The notes below the pieces were generated by a model. It did not search any database, was not told the origin of the DNA, and worked only from the letters and a program-made list of their open reading frames with translations. DNA of 62,920 bases, the filler included, from Vannella sp. (taxonomy: Eukaryota): assembly GCA_023345925.1 (NCBI GenBank). It is 7 parts of 7 records of this genome, joined end to end, with 100 filler letters (N's around TTAATTAATTAA, not from the genome) between each part and the next. Parts side by side here need not be neighbours in the genome. Positions count along the whole stretch, not along the records: positions 23,201 to 28,468 come from JAJQQN010000034.1; positions 28,569 to 40,156 come from JAJQQN010000175.1; 5 more parts are not named here. One strand, written 5' to 3'. The translations under genes were made by a program, and so were the position numbers. This document shows, piece by piece, positions 24,738 to 37,327 of the stretch. Positions within the stretch are counted from its first letter, which is position 1. Every line of letters starts with the position of its first letter.

Positions 24738-25000
24738 CAAAGACTCGTCCTTTGAATGAGAGTGTCTCGTCATCAAAGATTCCTTGGAATGGCGGGGACT
24801 AGCAGGCAAGAGGGGAGGGCCAAGACAAGCTTAAGGGGTGGAAAGCAGCTGACATTAAACGAATAGATGAAGAATGAATGCGTCACTGCCTTTAGTTCAA
24901 CCTTTCCCTTCTTCTGGGCTTTTCCAAGAATTCAGCTTCCGAGGCTCGAAGAGCCGCTGTTGGCTGATTCCTCAGATCTTCGTCGGGCTCTGGCAACACC

Positions 25001-26356
25001 ATGGAGGGTAGGCTGCATCGTTAGTGCAGGCGTGGGATCTCACATTTAGCGTGGAAGGAACTCAGGAAAGCCGTAACGAGGCCTCAGGGACTGAAACAGC
25101 GCGTAAGGGACTTTCTCGTTTCCGGGTGGACCTCGTAATGACCGTGTACTCAGAGCGCGGACCTCCTGAGGCGTGTATCTTCGTCGCCAGCCTCCCTGTG
25201 TATGCAAGCGTGGATGATCTGACGAGTGCCTTTGAGGAGTTTGGGCAGATCCTGAAGATCACCCTGTTGAACGATGAAGGGACAAAGCCATACGCCTTTG
25301 TGCAGTACATGGTAGGTTGGCCTCCTTCCTTGATGGACGATCGAGAGTGTCTTCCTCATATCGATCATCGCAGACGGAAGAGGAGGCCGAGAAAGCGATT
25401 GAAGGCGCTCAAGGAAGGGATATGGGAGGACGAGCAATCCGTGTTGAAAGAGCCAGGGTCAATCGAACGCTCTTTGTTGCCAAGTTCGCTCAAGACATGA
25501 CCGAGGCGGAGTTACGAGAGTGTTTCGAGGAGTATGGGCTCGTCGAGGCCATCAGTGTGGTAGATAGTCGCTCTTCGGGAAGGAACCGAACCTGCTGCTT
25601 CGTCAAGTTCGGCCAAAGAGACGAGGCAACCGCCGCCATGAGTGATCTTCGCGAGAAGCAGCCATGGGTGATCGAATGGGCCAAGTCGGACAGTATTTCT
25701 GAGAGTTCAAAGGCAGACAAACACTCCATCTTCGTTGGAGGCCTCAACTCTCTCCAAGTGACGGAATCAGCTTTGGAGACGCACTTTGGAGTGTTTGGGG
25801 AGTTGGAATCGGTCTCTCTGGTCCATAGAAGCAATGCAGATGACTACACTTACACTACAGAGGGTAGTGCTCAGCAACCGAGGGATTCCTTTGCGTTCCT
25901 TCGCTTCAAGGAACAGAACAGTGCCGCGGATGCGATTGCAGCGTGCAATGGGGAGGTGTGGTTGGACAACACACTTCGCGTACAGTACTGTGAGACAAAG
26001 TCAAACAAAAAGCGCCGGCCAAGGGGGCAGCCCAGCTACGCCCCTTCCCCTTACGCGTACCCAGGCATGTACTATCCCCACGGTGTGCCGATGGTATACA
26101 TGGTACCAAGTAAGTCTTTCTCTGCCCTGTCAGAGCGCCTGCTGACTCTTTGGAAGACGGTACTTCACTCAGTGATCTGCAGACCGGCGGGTTCTATCCT
26201 ATTTACGTCAATTCGCCGTATCCCAACGCTTGGGGTGAAGGAATGGATGTCCCCTATGCTCCAGGAGAGATGGACTACAGCTCTTCTGCATGGACTCCTC
26301 ACCACGGCAACCCAGCCGGTCCCTCCATGGCTCCAGTCCTCCCCTGGCTTCCCTAA
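25001..26356 (+). CDS. Three-RRM RNA-binding protein, Rim4-like
   Basis: RGPPEACIFVASL...KPYAFVQY|...AQGRDMGGRAIRVERARVNRTLFVAK; third RRM DKHSIFVGGL...FAFLRF...NGEVWLDNTLRVQYCE; P/Y-rich low-complexity tail. The 5' exons are tentative (alternative start at 25138). Confidence 0.8.
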
Positions 26357-26548
26357 AGCAGCCAAATAGATACTTCATACTCCTCTCAATCACTCTCCCA
26401 CTCTCCTCGAGGTCTTCCCTCATTGAGAACAGCCAGACAGACCTGTTCCACAACGCTGACCATTGATGTGAGCATCCATTGCTGAAGGAGGGAAAATCGA
26501 TTTACTTGAGAGTGAAACGGACCTCGCGAGGTCCAGAAAGCGGGGAAA

Positions 26549-28121
26549 CTACATGACGGCATCAGTGTCAAAGTCAGAGAAGTCCTTGGCAGAGGAGCCA
26601 CCTTCGAAGATGAGGGCGGGGTCGACGGGATAGGCGGGCTCTCCGTTGTTAAAGTCCAAGCCGTCCTCCTCCGCCTCTTTACTAACCCGCAGGCTGCCTA
26701 TCAATCTGAGGAACAACAAAAGCAGTCCTGTGGTGGTCATCGACCAAGCAGCCACAACAGCAGCACCAATAGCTTGAACGCCAAACTGAAGGAAGGCATC
26801 TCCGTCCCCCCCGTAGAACACAGCGCCATTGGGCAGCGCATCTAAACGGTCAGAAGCAATAAATAGCCCAGCAGCGAGGGTCCCCCACACGCCACCGCTC
26901 AGGTGGACGGAGGAAGCCTCCAAAGGATCGTCAATGCGGAGGAAGATCAGAAGCCGTGATATGAGGACGTACAATGCCCCTGCAATGACACCGATCACAA
27001 AGGAAGCCCATGGCTCAATGTAGGCGGCACCAGCACACACAGCCACCATGCCAGTGAGGGCGCCGTTGATGGCGCCACAGATACTCCAAAAGCCTCCAAA
27101 GATCGTGAAGATCTTCAGCTCTTTTCCGAACACCTTCACTTCCTGTTTCTTCAGACCCACTTTGAGAAGGATCATCGCGGTCAGCAGTGCGGCTGCACCT
27201 GAGATCGAGGTGTTGACGACTGCACGAGCGACATTGTCGGGGTCGAAATCGGGTCCAGCGATGCCTCCTTCAGATACAGCATTGAAAGCGAAGAAACCGA
27301 ACCAAAGGATGAAGAAACCAAGCGCTACTAACACTGTGGAATGGCCTGGGATGGGGAGAACTCCGTGCTTATCGTACCGCCCCACTCTCGGACCGACAAT
27401 CAAGGCTCCTATCAAGGATGCTGAGCCTCCAACAACATGTACAACACAGCTTCCAGCAAAGTCCTATCACACTTGAGTCTCTCCTGCAAAGAACAAGGCG
27501 GGTACGTACGATAAAGCCGAGTTGGGTCAGCCAACCGTTTTCGCTCCAGCACCAGTGAACTACCACAGGATAGATAAAGCCGGTCATTACGAGGGTGTAT
27601 GCAACGTATCCGTGGAGGTGAGTACGCTCTGCCATGGCACCGCTAACGATCGTGGCCGAAGTGGCAGCGAAGACGAACGAGTAGAAGTAGAAAGGGAGGT
27701 CCTCTGCGGGAGTTTGAGAGAGGAAGAACCCTTTGTGACCGATCATTCCGTTGGTAGAGCCACCATAACTAAAGGCCCATCCAGTGGCCCAGTAGATAAG
27801 ACTGCCAGTTGCTGGAGGAGACGCGATAAGTCTTTTTCTCTCGTGATGGAAGGCGCAAACCTACCACAATCGAGAGAGTTCTTCACCAGGATATTTGTAG
27901 TGTTCTTTGCACGAACACTCCCCGCTTCCAGAAAGGCAAACCCCGCCTGCATCACTGTGACGTCGTCCCGCTTGTGAGAAGGCGAAAAGACAAACGCACA
28001 GAGACGTACAGAAGACAATGATAGAAAGGACAATGAGAAACGTGGTGTTGATGGCAATGGTTACATCACGAAGATCACCGTCAACTCCTCCATCTATGCT
28101 GTAGCGGATGCCACTCGGCAT
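26549..28121 (-). CDS. amt: Ammonium transporter (Amt family; 4 exons)
   Basis: [82 protein letters not shown]; both pore histidines are present. Confidence 0.95.
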
Positions 28122-28468
28122 TCCCACCACCCGGAAAATGGCCGTCAAACTTTCGCACTCTTACTGTAATCCAAAAGATGATGTTTCAGAATATTGAATT
28201 TCTAGACAATCAACTATGGCCGGACGCCTCGTTTCGGCTAACGACCTTTTAGGAGGAAGCACTGAGAGGAGCACTCCAACACCTGGTGTGGGTGCAGAAA
28301 GAGAATTACCGTCCTTTGAACCCTGTCTTCATGGCCTTCAGGGCAACGGGAATGGAAAGGGGATAAGGCATCGTAAGGGGTAAGAGGAATGGGCAATACG
28401 GAACGAAAGGATTCTTTGGGGATGATACGCTTGGTGAGGTGCCGTGGTGGTCCTTTGGTAAGGTCGAG

Positions 28469-28568
28469 NNNNNNNNNNNNNNNNNNNNNNNNNNNNNNNN
28501 NNNNNNNNNNNNTTAATTAATTAANNNNNNNNNNNNNNNNNNNNNNNNNNNNNNNNNNNNNNNNNNNN
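28469..28568. other. Artificial contig spacer
   Basis: N44-TTAATTAATTAA-N44. Confidence 0.98.
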
Positions 28569-28608
28569 ACTCAGTGCCGCTGAGTGGGAATGATTTTAAT
28601 TTGCCTTG

Positions 28609-31600
28609 ATGGAGGAGGTCTGCTGCAACATCCTGAAGCCAGAGAGGGAAGTTCGCGAGTACTCCTTCTTCAAGTTGAAGAGTAATGGCTTGCGAGTGAC
28701 GGTGATCCATGATCCAGTGGCTGTGATGGTGGGTCAAGGGAATTGGCTGTGTTAACGTTGGTTCTGACCTTGTGAAGAGCGCTGCATCGATGAATGTTGA
28801 GGTTGGACAGTACGCTGACCCTTCTACGCATCCTGGACTGGCGCACTTCTGCGGTAAGTGGTGTTTGAGACTGATCTTTCCATTGACCTCATTCTCGGAA
28901 CTCCTTCGCAGAGCACATGCTATTCATGGGTACAAAGAAGTATCCTGAGGAGAACTACTTTTGTGACTTTCTCTCTGCCCACGGGGGTAGCTCTAATGCC
29001 TACACAGCGGAAGGTAAAGAACCTCCCTCGATGTATTGGTCGCCCTGTTGACGGGAAGGGGCAGAAAACACAAACTACCACTTTGACATCAGCAATGAAC
29101 ACTTTGAAGCTGCTTTGGATGTGTTTGCACACTTCTTCATCGACCCTTTGATGAACGAGTCGTCCACAGAGAGGGAAATGCTGGCAGTAGACAGCGAGTT
29201 CCGCAACTACATCGGTCAAGACTATTGGCGGTTCAACCAGTTGTTATCAAACGCAGCTAACCCCGATCATCCGGCCTCTCGTTTCGGTGTAGGAAGCAAA
29301 GAGACATTAGATCATCCCACCACCCGTGAGGCGCTGCTCTCCTTCCATACTAAGCACTACAAACCCAATCGAATGAACCTTTGCATTCTGGGCAACCGTG
29401 AGAGAGCCCCCTTTGCCATTCTACCTTCTTACAATGTTGGATAGAGTCCATTGATCGTCTATGTGAGATGGTGCAGTCCATGTTTGGTCCCATTGAGAAC
29501 AGTGACGATCAAGAAGAAGTTCTTAACCGCCCGGTGGCCTTTGGACCTTCTCAGATGAAGAGATTCTTCCGATATGTCCCCAAAAAGGACATTCGTAAGC
29601 TCCGCATCGTCTTCTCCCTTCCCTCACAGGAAAAGGAGTACTTGAGAAAGTCAGTGCGCTATCTCAGTCACCTTATTGGACATGAGGGAGCTGGATCCAT
29701 CCACCAAACCCTTCAGACTTTGGGATGGTCGACGAGTCTTACAGCTGGGGAGCTCCAGCAAGCATCAGACTTCTTCCTTTTTGGGATTACTTTCAGTCTG
29801 ACACCTCTCGGAGAGGAGAAGGTCAACGAGATCTTCCAGATAGTCTTTAGCTACATTCAATGTCTCAAGGAAAGTGGCTGCCCTGAATGGATCTATGATG
29901 AATGCCACAACATCAACGAAGTCTCTTTTCGATTTAGTCACACAAAGAAGCCAGAAGGGCACGTCACGAGCGTCACTGAGGCGATGAAAAGAGGATTTGG
30001 CATTGAGCCAAAGTACTTCTTGAAAGAGGACCATCTTCTTGAGGAATACGATCAACAGGACATCCTCTCTCTTCTTGATTGCTTTAGGCCTGAGAACGCG
30101 CTTGTTTTCTTCGCTTCCAAAAAGTTTCAAGGACAAACGGACCTTGTGGAACCTTGGTTTGGAACATCTTACAGTGTTGTAGATGTTTCGGAGGAAGATA
30201 TCGTTTGTTGGAAGCAGGACACAGAGCACAAGGGTGCATTGCATCTTCCCGGAGTCAATCAATTTATCCCAACGCGTTTCGAAGTGCTCGGCACTAAGGC
30301 AGAGACTCCTTCTCTGCCTGCAAAGATCCGTGATGACGAGCAATGTACTATTTGGTATAAGCTGGACGATACCTTCTTGCAGCCGAAGGTCTGCTTATTC
30401 TTCCAAGTGCGGACTCCTGTTGTATCTGAGTCGCCTCTATCTGTGCTGTTGTCTCAGTTGTACATTCAAATGGTACAGGAGCTGCTCTCTGAGGTCACCT
30501 ACGATGCCTATTTGAGTGAATTGGACTTCCAGTTGGATGCACCAACTGATGGAGTGCAAATTAACATCTACGGCTTTTACCATTCCCTCGAAAAGATGGT
30601 TGAAATGATTCTCCAGAAGCTTCTTTCTTTCCAAATAGACCAGAACGACACCTTAATGATGGGAGTATTCAAGAAGCAGCTCGACATCCTTTTGCGAAAG
30701 TATGAGAACTACGAGCGCTCGCAAGCATACGAGATCGCCCGTTGGTCCTATCAGGGCTGTACTTACAAAAGCCCGCCCATAGACGAACGCATGAAAGTAT
30801 TTCATTGTAGGTACCTTTCTCCACTGGCCAGCTGAGGTGCTAATGGTTTGCCCTTGCCAGTGGTCACTCCAGAGGCACTCCAAGAATTCTTTGGACGTCT
30901 TTATACATCCACCAAAGTGAACAGTTTGGTCCATGGGAGCATAAGCGAGGAGGATGCGTTGGCTCTGAATAGCCGCCTCCTTGAACTACTCAACAGTGCC
31001 CCCCATCGTGGCTCCACCCTGAATTCAGTGATCGCGCTAAAGCGGCCTGGTAAGTACCATACCAATCAGGTGTTAGTCTTCATGGACTAAATAGACTGAA
31101 AGCAACACAATGCATTGTGTACGAAAGGGATCAGGAAGACCCAGAGGCTACCAACTCGGCAGTATATTTCCACATTCAGTTCGGAAGTAACTCGCATGAG
31201 CTGAATGTGAACGCTGATTTGTTCGCATTTATGATCCAGGAGCCACTCTTTGATGAGCTTCGGACAAAGCAGCAACTCGGGGTAGGTCTAGTCTTTCTCC
31301 GAAGGTCTGCTTTCTCTCTGACATACCCGTGACAGTACACTGTTACCTCCTTGGCAACTACAACGAATGGATGTGTGGGATTCACTGTGATTGTCCAATC
31401 TCCAACGCACGATCCCGTATCACTCCATCGCAGAGTGTCAGAGTTCCTCTCGACCTTCATCAGTGGGCTTTCAGACCTAACAGATGACCTCTTTGAAGAC
31501 CAAGTAGATGGGCTAATCGCAACAAAGCAGACGGAACATCGCCAGTTGTCACAGGAGAGTTCAATTTACATCGAAGAGATCTCACAGGGCCGAACTCGCT

Positions 31601-31921
31601 TCAACAAGAGACAGGACGCGATTGACATGCTAGAGGCTCTTGAGAAGGATGAATTTGTGAGGTCCGTTCAAGAGATCTTAAAGGAGTCGCCTCAAATCAT
31701 AGTCCGCGGTACGTCCATGACTCTGCTCCCAACGCGTCTCTGACAACGATCTATTAGTTTATCCACACGCTAAAATGGATCCGGCTCAAGACCACGCTGC
31801 AGGCGGGCTCTCTGAATTCGTACTCCGGTCTCCAGAAGAAAGAGACGCTTGGAAGTCCACTTTGGAGTTCACTCCCAATCCTTCCCCTCATTTCCTTCTT
31901 TCTGGGGAAGCCTTCCAATGA
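28609..31921 (+). CDS. IDE: Insulin-degrading enzyme-like M16A metallopeptidase (about 9 exons)
   Basis: Spliced inverted Zn motif [51 protein letters not shown]. Confidence 0.92.
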
Positions 31922-32712
31922 TGAACGAGATGAATTTAATCGTCCCACAGTAGCAAGCGAGGGTTTAGTCTTGACAGTAAAGAGAACTTTTATCAAATTG
32001 CATCATCAGGTGATGTTCCTCGCACCTTTCAGTCATCACCATGTTTGAGGTTCTGGGCGCTCAAGGATGATTTCAACTCCGCTTGGAGTAGCAAGCTCCA
32101 TTGGGAATTGGATGTCGATCTCAGGGTCGGCAGGAACGGGTACCGGGGATGCATCATGGAAGAAGAGGTTCAGGTATCCAATCAGTGGACATTCACGTTG
32201 TTGAAAACTAAAAGGTTGTTGAGAATCGTAATATGCGCCCGAAGACATTGTAACAATTGACGATGATCCTCAGCCACCCATCGGATGAAGAGGGAGTGGT
32301 GCGCCATACGGTACTTTCGCATGTTTTTTCAAACTTGTTTCTCCTTCACAGCTGGAACGAATGAGCTACTTTTTAGGCCCAAGCCCCAATGGACTTCCGA
32401 GACTGCCCAACATCACCTTTGCATCGGTATCGTCCCTTCTCAGGAAGAATGTTTGCCTGATCAACAGACTGAAGGGATCTGATGACAAAATGGACCAATC
32501 ACAGAGCGAGACAGGACTGTTTGGAGGTTTGCTTCGCACAAACCCAAGAATTTCCATGGCTTCGTTTTCTTCGCTTGTTTGGATATGTGGTCCTGCTGCA
32601 GCTGAGCGTGACATACCTTGCCCTAAAGTTCCAAACTTGTTTCTGGCCCACAGCGACCAGTTAGAACCCACTTGTCCAACGGTCTTCACTTGATCAGTTT
32701 AAGGCGGGAAGG

Positions 32713-33455
32713 ATGCCGAGGACGCGAGGGCAAGCGAAGGCGGAGGAGGTAGAGGAGGTGGCGGAGAGTGTTGTTGGCGTGAAGAGGAAGACAAGACCTG
32801 CACCCACAAAGAAGGCACCTGTAGGGAAGCCTGTACGATCTACGCGAAGCCGAACGGTGAAGGAAACTATCCCCGAAGTGGCGAAAGCGCCCACGAAGGC
32901 CCAAACATCAACGCGAATGGCTGCTGCGGTCCTTTCCAAGGCGGAAGCGAAGCAAACCAGTAAGCATCAAGCCATTGATGAGAAGATTGGCGCTCAACCA
33001 GTCCCGGAGAAGCTCAAAGCGGTCGACCAAACCCTTCTCCAGAAGGTGCGAAGACGAGAAGTCCTTGAACAGCTCGACAAAGAGAACTTTACCAATGAAA
33101 AGCGTCTCCGCAGGTCCCTCCTTATCCGATTACCTCCTCTAGTGAACCATCTCCGCTCCTACTTTCGGTAAGAACTCCTTTTGAGTCATCCCTGACCTCC
33201 CTGACACTCTTTAGAGCCTCAAAGAAGACTGTGATCGAGCTCAGTATCATTGTGAAGCAGTTATGTGAACTGAGTACACCTCCAGCACCTGTAGAGGTGA
33301 TAAACCAGCTGCTGCAGCTCCTCATGGAAGTGGCGCCGTCCTGGTGTGAGGTCGTCACCGTAGCGGGCACAGAATACTTCAAATTGCACTTCTCTGTGTC
33401 TCTGCAGCTGGTCAAGCAAGCCATTGCTGATGCTATCGCCCCTTTGGAGGAGTAA
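32713..33455 (+). CDS. Cdt1 C-terminal winged-helix-like protein (2 exons)
   Basis: LKAVDQTLLQKVRRRE...RLPPLVNHLRSYFR|ASKKTVIEL...LLQLLMEVAPSWCEV...YFKL resembles the Cdt1 C-terminal domain (human LKGVSQDLLERIRAKE...RLPELARVLRSVF...LLSELLPDWL...YVKL, from memory). Confidence 0.7.
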
Positions 33456-33469
33456 TTAAAGAGATTCAT

Positions 33470-36321
33470 TCATTCTTGGCAAGGATTGGGACATTGCGTG
33501 AGATGATGATCGCAATCATAAATAGCCACCGCGCTTGTCATTGGGTCATAGCCACAGCATTGTTTGAGAGGCGGGGAATAAACGTGGAGACTGTAAACTG
33601 TCTCAGTGTCACTGGGGTTGGCCAAACTGTGAATGATTCGAGGAGAGTGGACAACAACTTCGTTTGCCAGTAAATTTTGGACTTCTCCTTGCAAAAGCAT
33701 CGGTTTGGAGGTGTGGCAAAGGTCTGGCAGTTCAAATCGACTCTCTTGCAAAGTGCCTTCTAACACTTTGAAGAAGCTCCAGGAGCCGTTGTGGTCATGA
33801 ATGACGTTGAATTGTTTAGGAGACCAACATAGCAAGTGAATCGAGTAATTGTAGCCGTGAGCCACTAAGTTTCGCGTGCATTGGCTACCTTTGGGACATT
33901 TAACAGCCCTTCCACGCCATTCACAAGGCTGGAAGTGGATATGAGCCAGCATTTTCTTCAATTGAATGGAATTCTCTTCTGTTATGACACTGCCAGTGCC
34001 GTCAAAGTGTTTGTTGACGAGGTTGGAGAAAGAAGCTAAATCTGAAAACACCATGGAACAGAATTTGTACTGTAATTCCAAGTCCTCCTCTTGTAACTGG
34101 GCGCGGTACTCGTCTAATGGATGAATGTTAGTTGGTGATAGTCTTTGGGAACACTTACTAATCTCTTTGGAGCAATAAGCCACTGGAATAAGCTTCTTGT
34201 CTCCAGTCTTCTCCACAAAGGTGCATTCAACGTATGGGGGAGAGTAGATGTGCAGGGAAATGCAGTTTTCACTGTTGCTGGCATTAAACGTGCAATGTTG
34301 CCCTAATGAATCTGTGGGGGTGAGAAACACCTCATAATTCCACTTTAAGTTTCTCTCACTGTCATCAAGTTCCACGTAATCTCCTTCTTTCACAACTACG
34401 GAAGGCTTTGTAGATGGCACAAGCTGATTGAATCTCTCTTCAAAGAACTGAATCTCGAGGGTTCCGGCCAATGCTTTAATCCAGACCCGGCGATCTCCGC
34501 CATCGCAACCATGCTCATGGATTGGCCTTCTCATTGTCAGTCTCTGACAGTCCGAAGGGCAGAAACGTACGTTTGTTGTCCAGGGCACCAACAAGCTAAC
34601 ACCGCAGAATAATTGTCTGTGAAGCTAAGAAGGTTGCGGGTGTACTGGTCAGGGCTGAAATGAATGTAGTGTTCCCATTGCCTGTAACTACGTTAACGAG
34701 GTAACCTCGACGAGGCTCGAGACCTGCTTACTTCTCAGAGTAGCTTAAAGTGTCAACCAACTCGTTGATTCGAGACGAATGCACATCAATGGAGGTAAAA
34801 TCTCTCTTCAAATGACACAGAAAGCTTCTCATATCAGTAGCTGAGTTCATGTTCAATCCAGATAAGCTAGTACTGAGCTTTTGCTCCATAAATGGGTAGC
34901 GCGCGCCATAAGCTGTGCTAATGGAGACTTGTTTCTTGGAAGGTTCATGCTCCCCGAAGATAAAGCATTCATGATAGGCTGGGGAGTAGACATGAAGTGA
35001 GATGGCCACTTTGTCCTCGTTTGGGTTTCCCATCTTGTGCACTCCGTAAGAGTCGTTAATGTACGCAATTCCACCGGGAGAGAAGGTTCGTTTGCTCTTC
35101 AACTGCGTGCTAATTCCATCCTCACCCAAGTCATAGAGGCACTCTTCGATCTCTCCATCCAGTACTTTGACCCAACAATTCGAGCCGGAATGGTCGTGGA
35201 TAGGACTTTTTTGCCCTTTCTCCCAACAAAGCAAAAGGATTGTGAACTTCTCGTCATAAGCAATCAAGTTGCGAGTGTACCTGCCCTTGGCAAACTTGGC
35301 ATATTGTCTCCACTCTCTGACGGCCCTTCGTGAGATTCCAGCGCCAAAAAGCTCAAGTACCTACTTTGGGTTCAGCGCAAAGCATGATAGAATGTCTATG
35401 ATGTGCTGGATGTTCTCTGGAGCGTGTTTTCCAGAGGGCTCAACAACTATCTCCTTTCGAAGCAGTTGGACAATCTTGCGCAGGTTTCCATAGACTGGGC
35501 GGCTCTTAAAGAGAGCCAAAGTCTCTAGCTCTTCACTGGCAGGGTAGTAGTGCTCGCAATCATTGCAATGTATCAGAGGGAGATACTTTCGCCTCTCTTG
35601 CTCGGTGCACTTGCAGTCGGCTCCATGCCTTTCCATGAAGCAACATTCAAGATAGGGAGAAGAGTAAAGGTGCATGGTAACGCACCGCTCTGATAGGCTG
35701 GCGTTGCCAGAGACGTGATCGCCAAAATCACCTGAAAGAGGCTTCAGCAGTCGCGCACAGGGCTTGAAGAGACTTACCAGGGACTTGGTGAGATTGGTTG
35801 GTCCCAATAACGATCTTCGGGTGGCTGGAGCAGTCCTCCTCTTGTGAGGATCGCTGAATGAACCATTCACCTTGAAGTACTTGGACCCACGCATGGACAT
35901 CGCCTCCTCCATGGTTATGACAAGGCCTGGTAATGATGGATCAGTCAGAGCGCTTGCAATTGCCCTTCTTAGGGAACCTACGAGGACTGTCCAGCTTCCC
36001 AGCAGTTGATGATCAACGAGAAGTACTTGTTCACGGCCACCAGCACTCGATTGTAACGGTGTCGATCAAAGTGCACGTACTTGCAACTAAGTAGAAGCTG
36101 TTAGAAGGTGTGAGAGAGCCGGAGGCGCGACCTTACGTGAGACGATCGAGGGAGAAGGCAGAAAGTAGACCAGGGACCTCATCAGGAGGGAAGATCGGAC
36201 CAGAGGAAGCAGTACAACCTACTGAAGCTTGCTTTGCCTCAAAAGCGGAGCGCAAACTCCTGAGAAGACCACACAATGGATTGGGGGGAGGTCCATGGGC
36301 CCTACACGCGCAACCAGCCAT
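33470..36321 (-). CDS. Protein of four tandem cysteine dioxygenase (CDO type I cupin) domains
   Basis: Four repeats of [Y/C]xR[N/V]L...CW...HxH...H..N...[S/T]xHxYS after splicing about 7 GT-AG introns. Domain 2 is canonical: YTRNL...CWEKGQKSPIHDHSGSNCWVKVLDG...GVHKMGN...SLHVYSP. Confidence 0.88.
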
Positions 36322-37327
36322 CCAGTGAGTGACGAGCTAAGCTCCTTCATCCCTCGAACTTTCAAACGAAAAGTCTTGGGCGAGACGTGTTCTTACGTGG
36401 CACCCTCTTCGGCTATGGCACTCATGGAATGGCACTTTATCCGACCAATCAGAGGAGCCTTTGCCAATTAGCCCACTGTTTAGTTCTTTGGATGATCCGA
36501 GCTCTTCAAATGTGATTTTTTTGGGTAATTGATCAATAGAGGCAGGCAAATTGACACGAGCACTGTGCCGAGGCATTTTACCAAGGAAACTACATTGGGA
36601 GGATCCTTTCCGGGAGAACTGAGTATCTCAAGAGTGTAGCGACCAAGGAAAGAAGCTTTCAAGCCAACGGGATCCCGAGAGTCCTTCCTTTGGAGCAGTT
36701 AGCAAAGCTATTTGCCCTTTCAAGAGCTGGAACTTCCGGTTCCTCTGTTGAGGCATGAGATGGTTACAAGTAGCACTCAACTATTTCACCTGCGTGTTAG
36801 TTTTTCTTCTCTTCAGCCGCCCAGGGCGAGCTGAAAGGTGGTCAACCGTAGCAATCCAGATCTGGTGTTGTTGATTCACCCTTCACGTACCTGTTAGTTA
36901 GTTAGTTCACCTATCATGATTATTCTTGATTATACAGCCATCTTACAGACCTCCAGCCTCCGTTTGGACATGAGCATCTGTTTCCATCACAAGGAGCGAA
37001 AAACGGTCTTTTGGCGAAGGCTTTTTCGGCCTTCTGTTTGAATGGCTGAGAACCCACTGGTTTTGAGTACCACTGACATTCTGGTTCGATCTCAATGAGG
37101 GGTCTCGAAGCCAGAAACTCCAAACCCTCATTCTTGCCACCCGAAACCTCCGAAGAAAAGTCTCGCTGTCCAGATCGGGAGTCGGTGTCGGGCACATCTT
37201 TGATAAACCGAAAATTATCTGAATGATCTATAATTAATGGATTCTTATCCGAAAGATCGCAGATGAGACCGCGGAAACAGAGAATCCTTCCTTATCTTAT
37301 CTGTTTCTCCCTGACATCCAGTTTTTC

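Noticed and set aside
31970..32693. Short ORFs between IDE and the Cdt1-like gene
   Set aside because: No consistent spliced frame could be built, and there is no similarity to Cdt1.
36330..37300. Short ORFs and a possible tRNA B-box (GGTTCGATC) in a 1-kb gap
   Set aside because: No cloverleaf and no coherent gene model.
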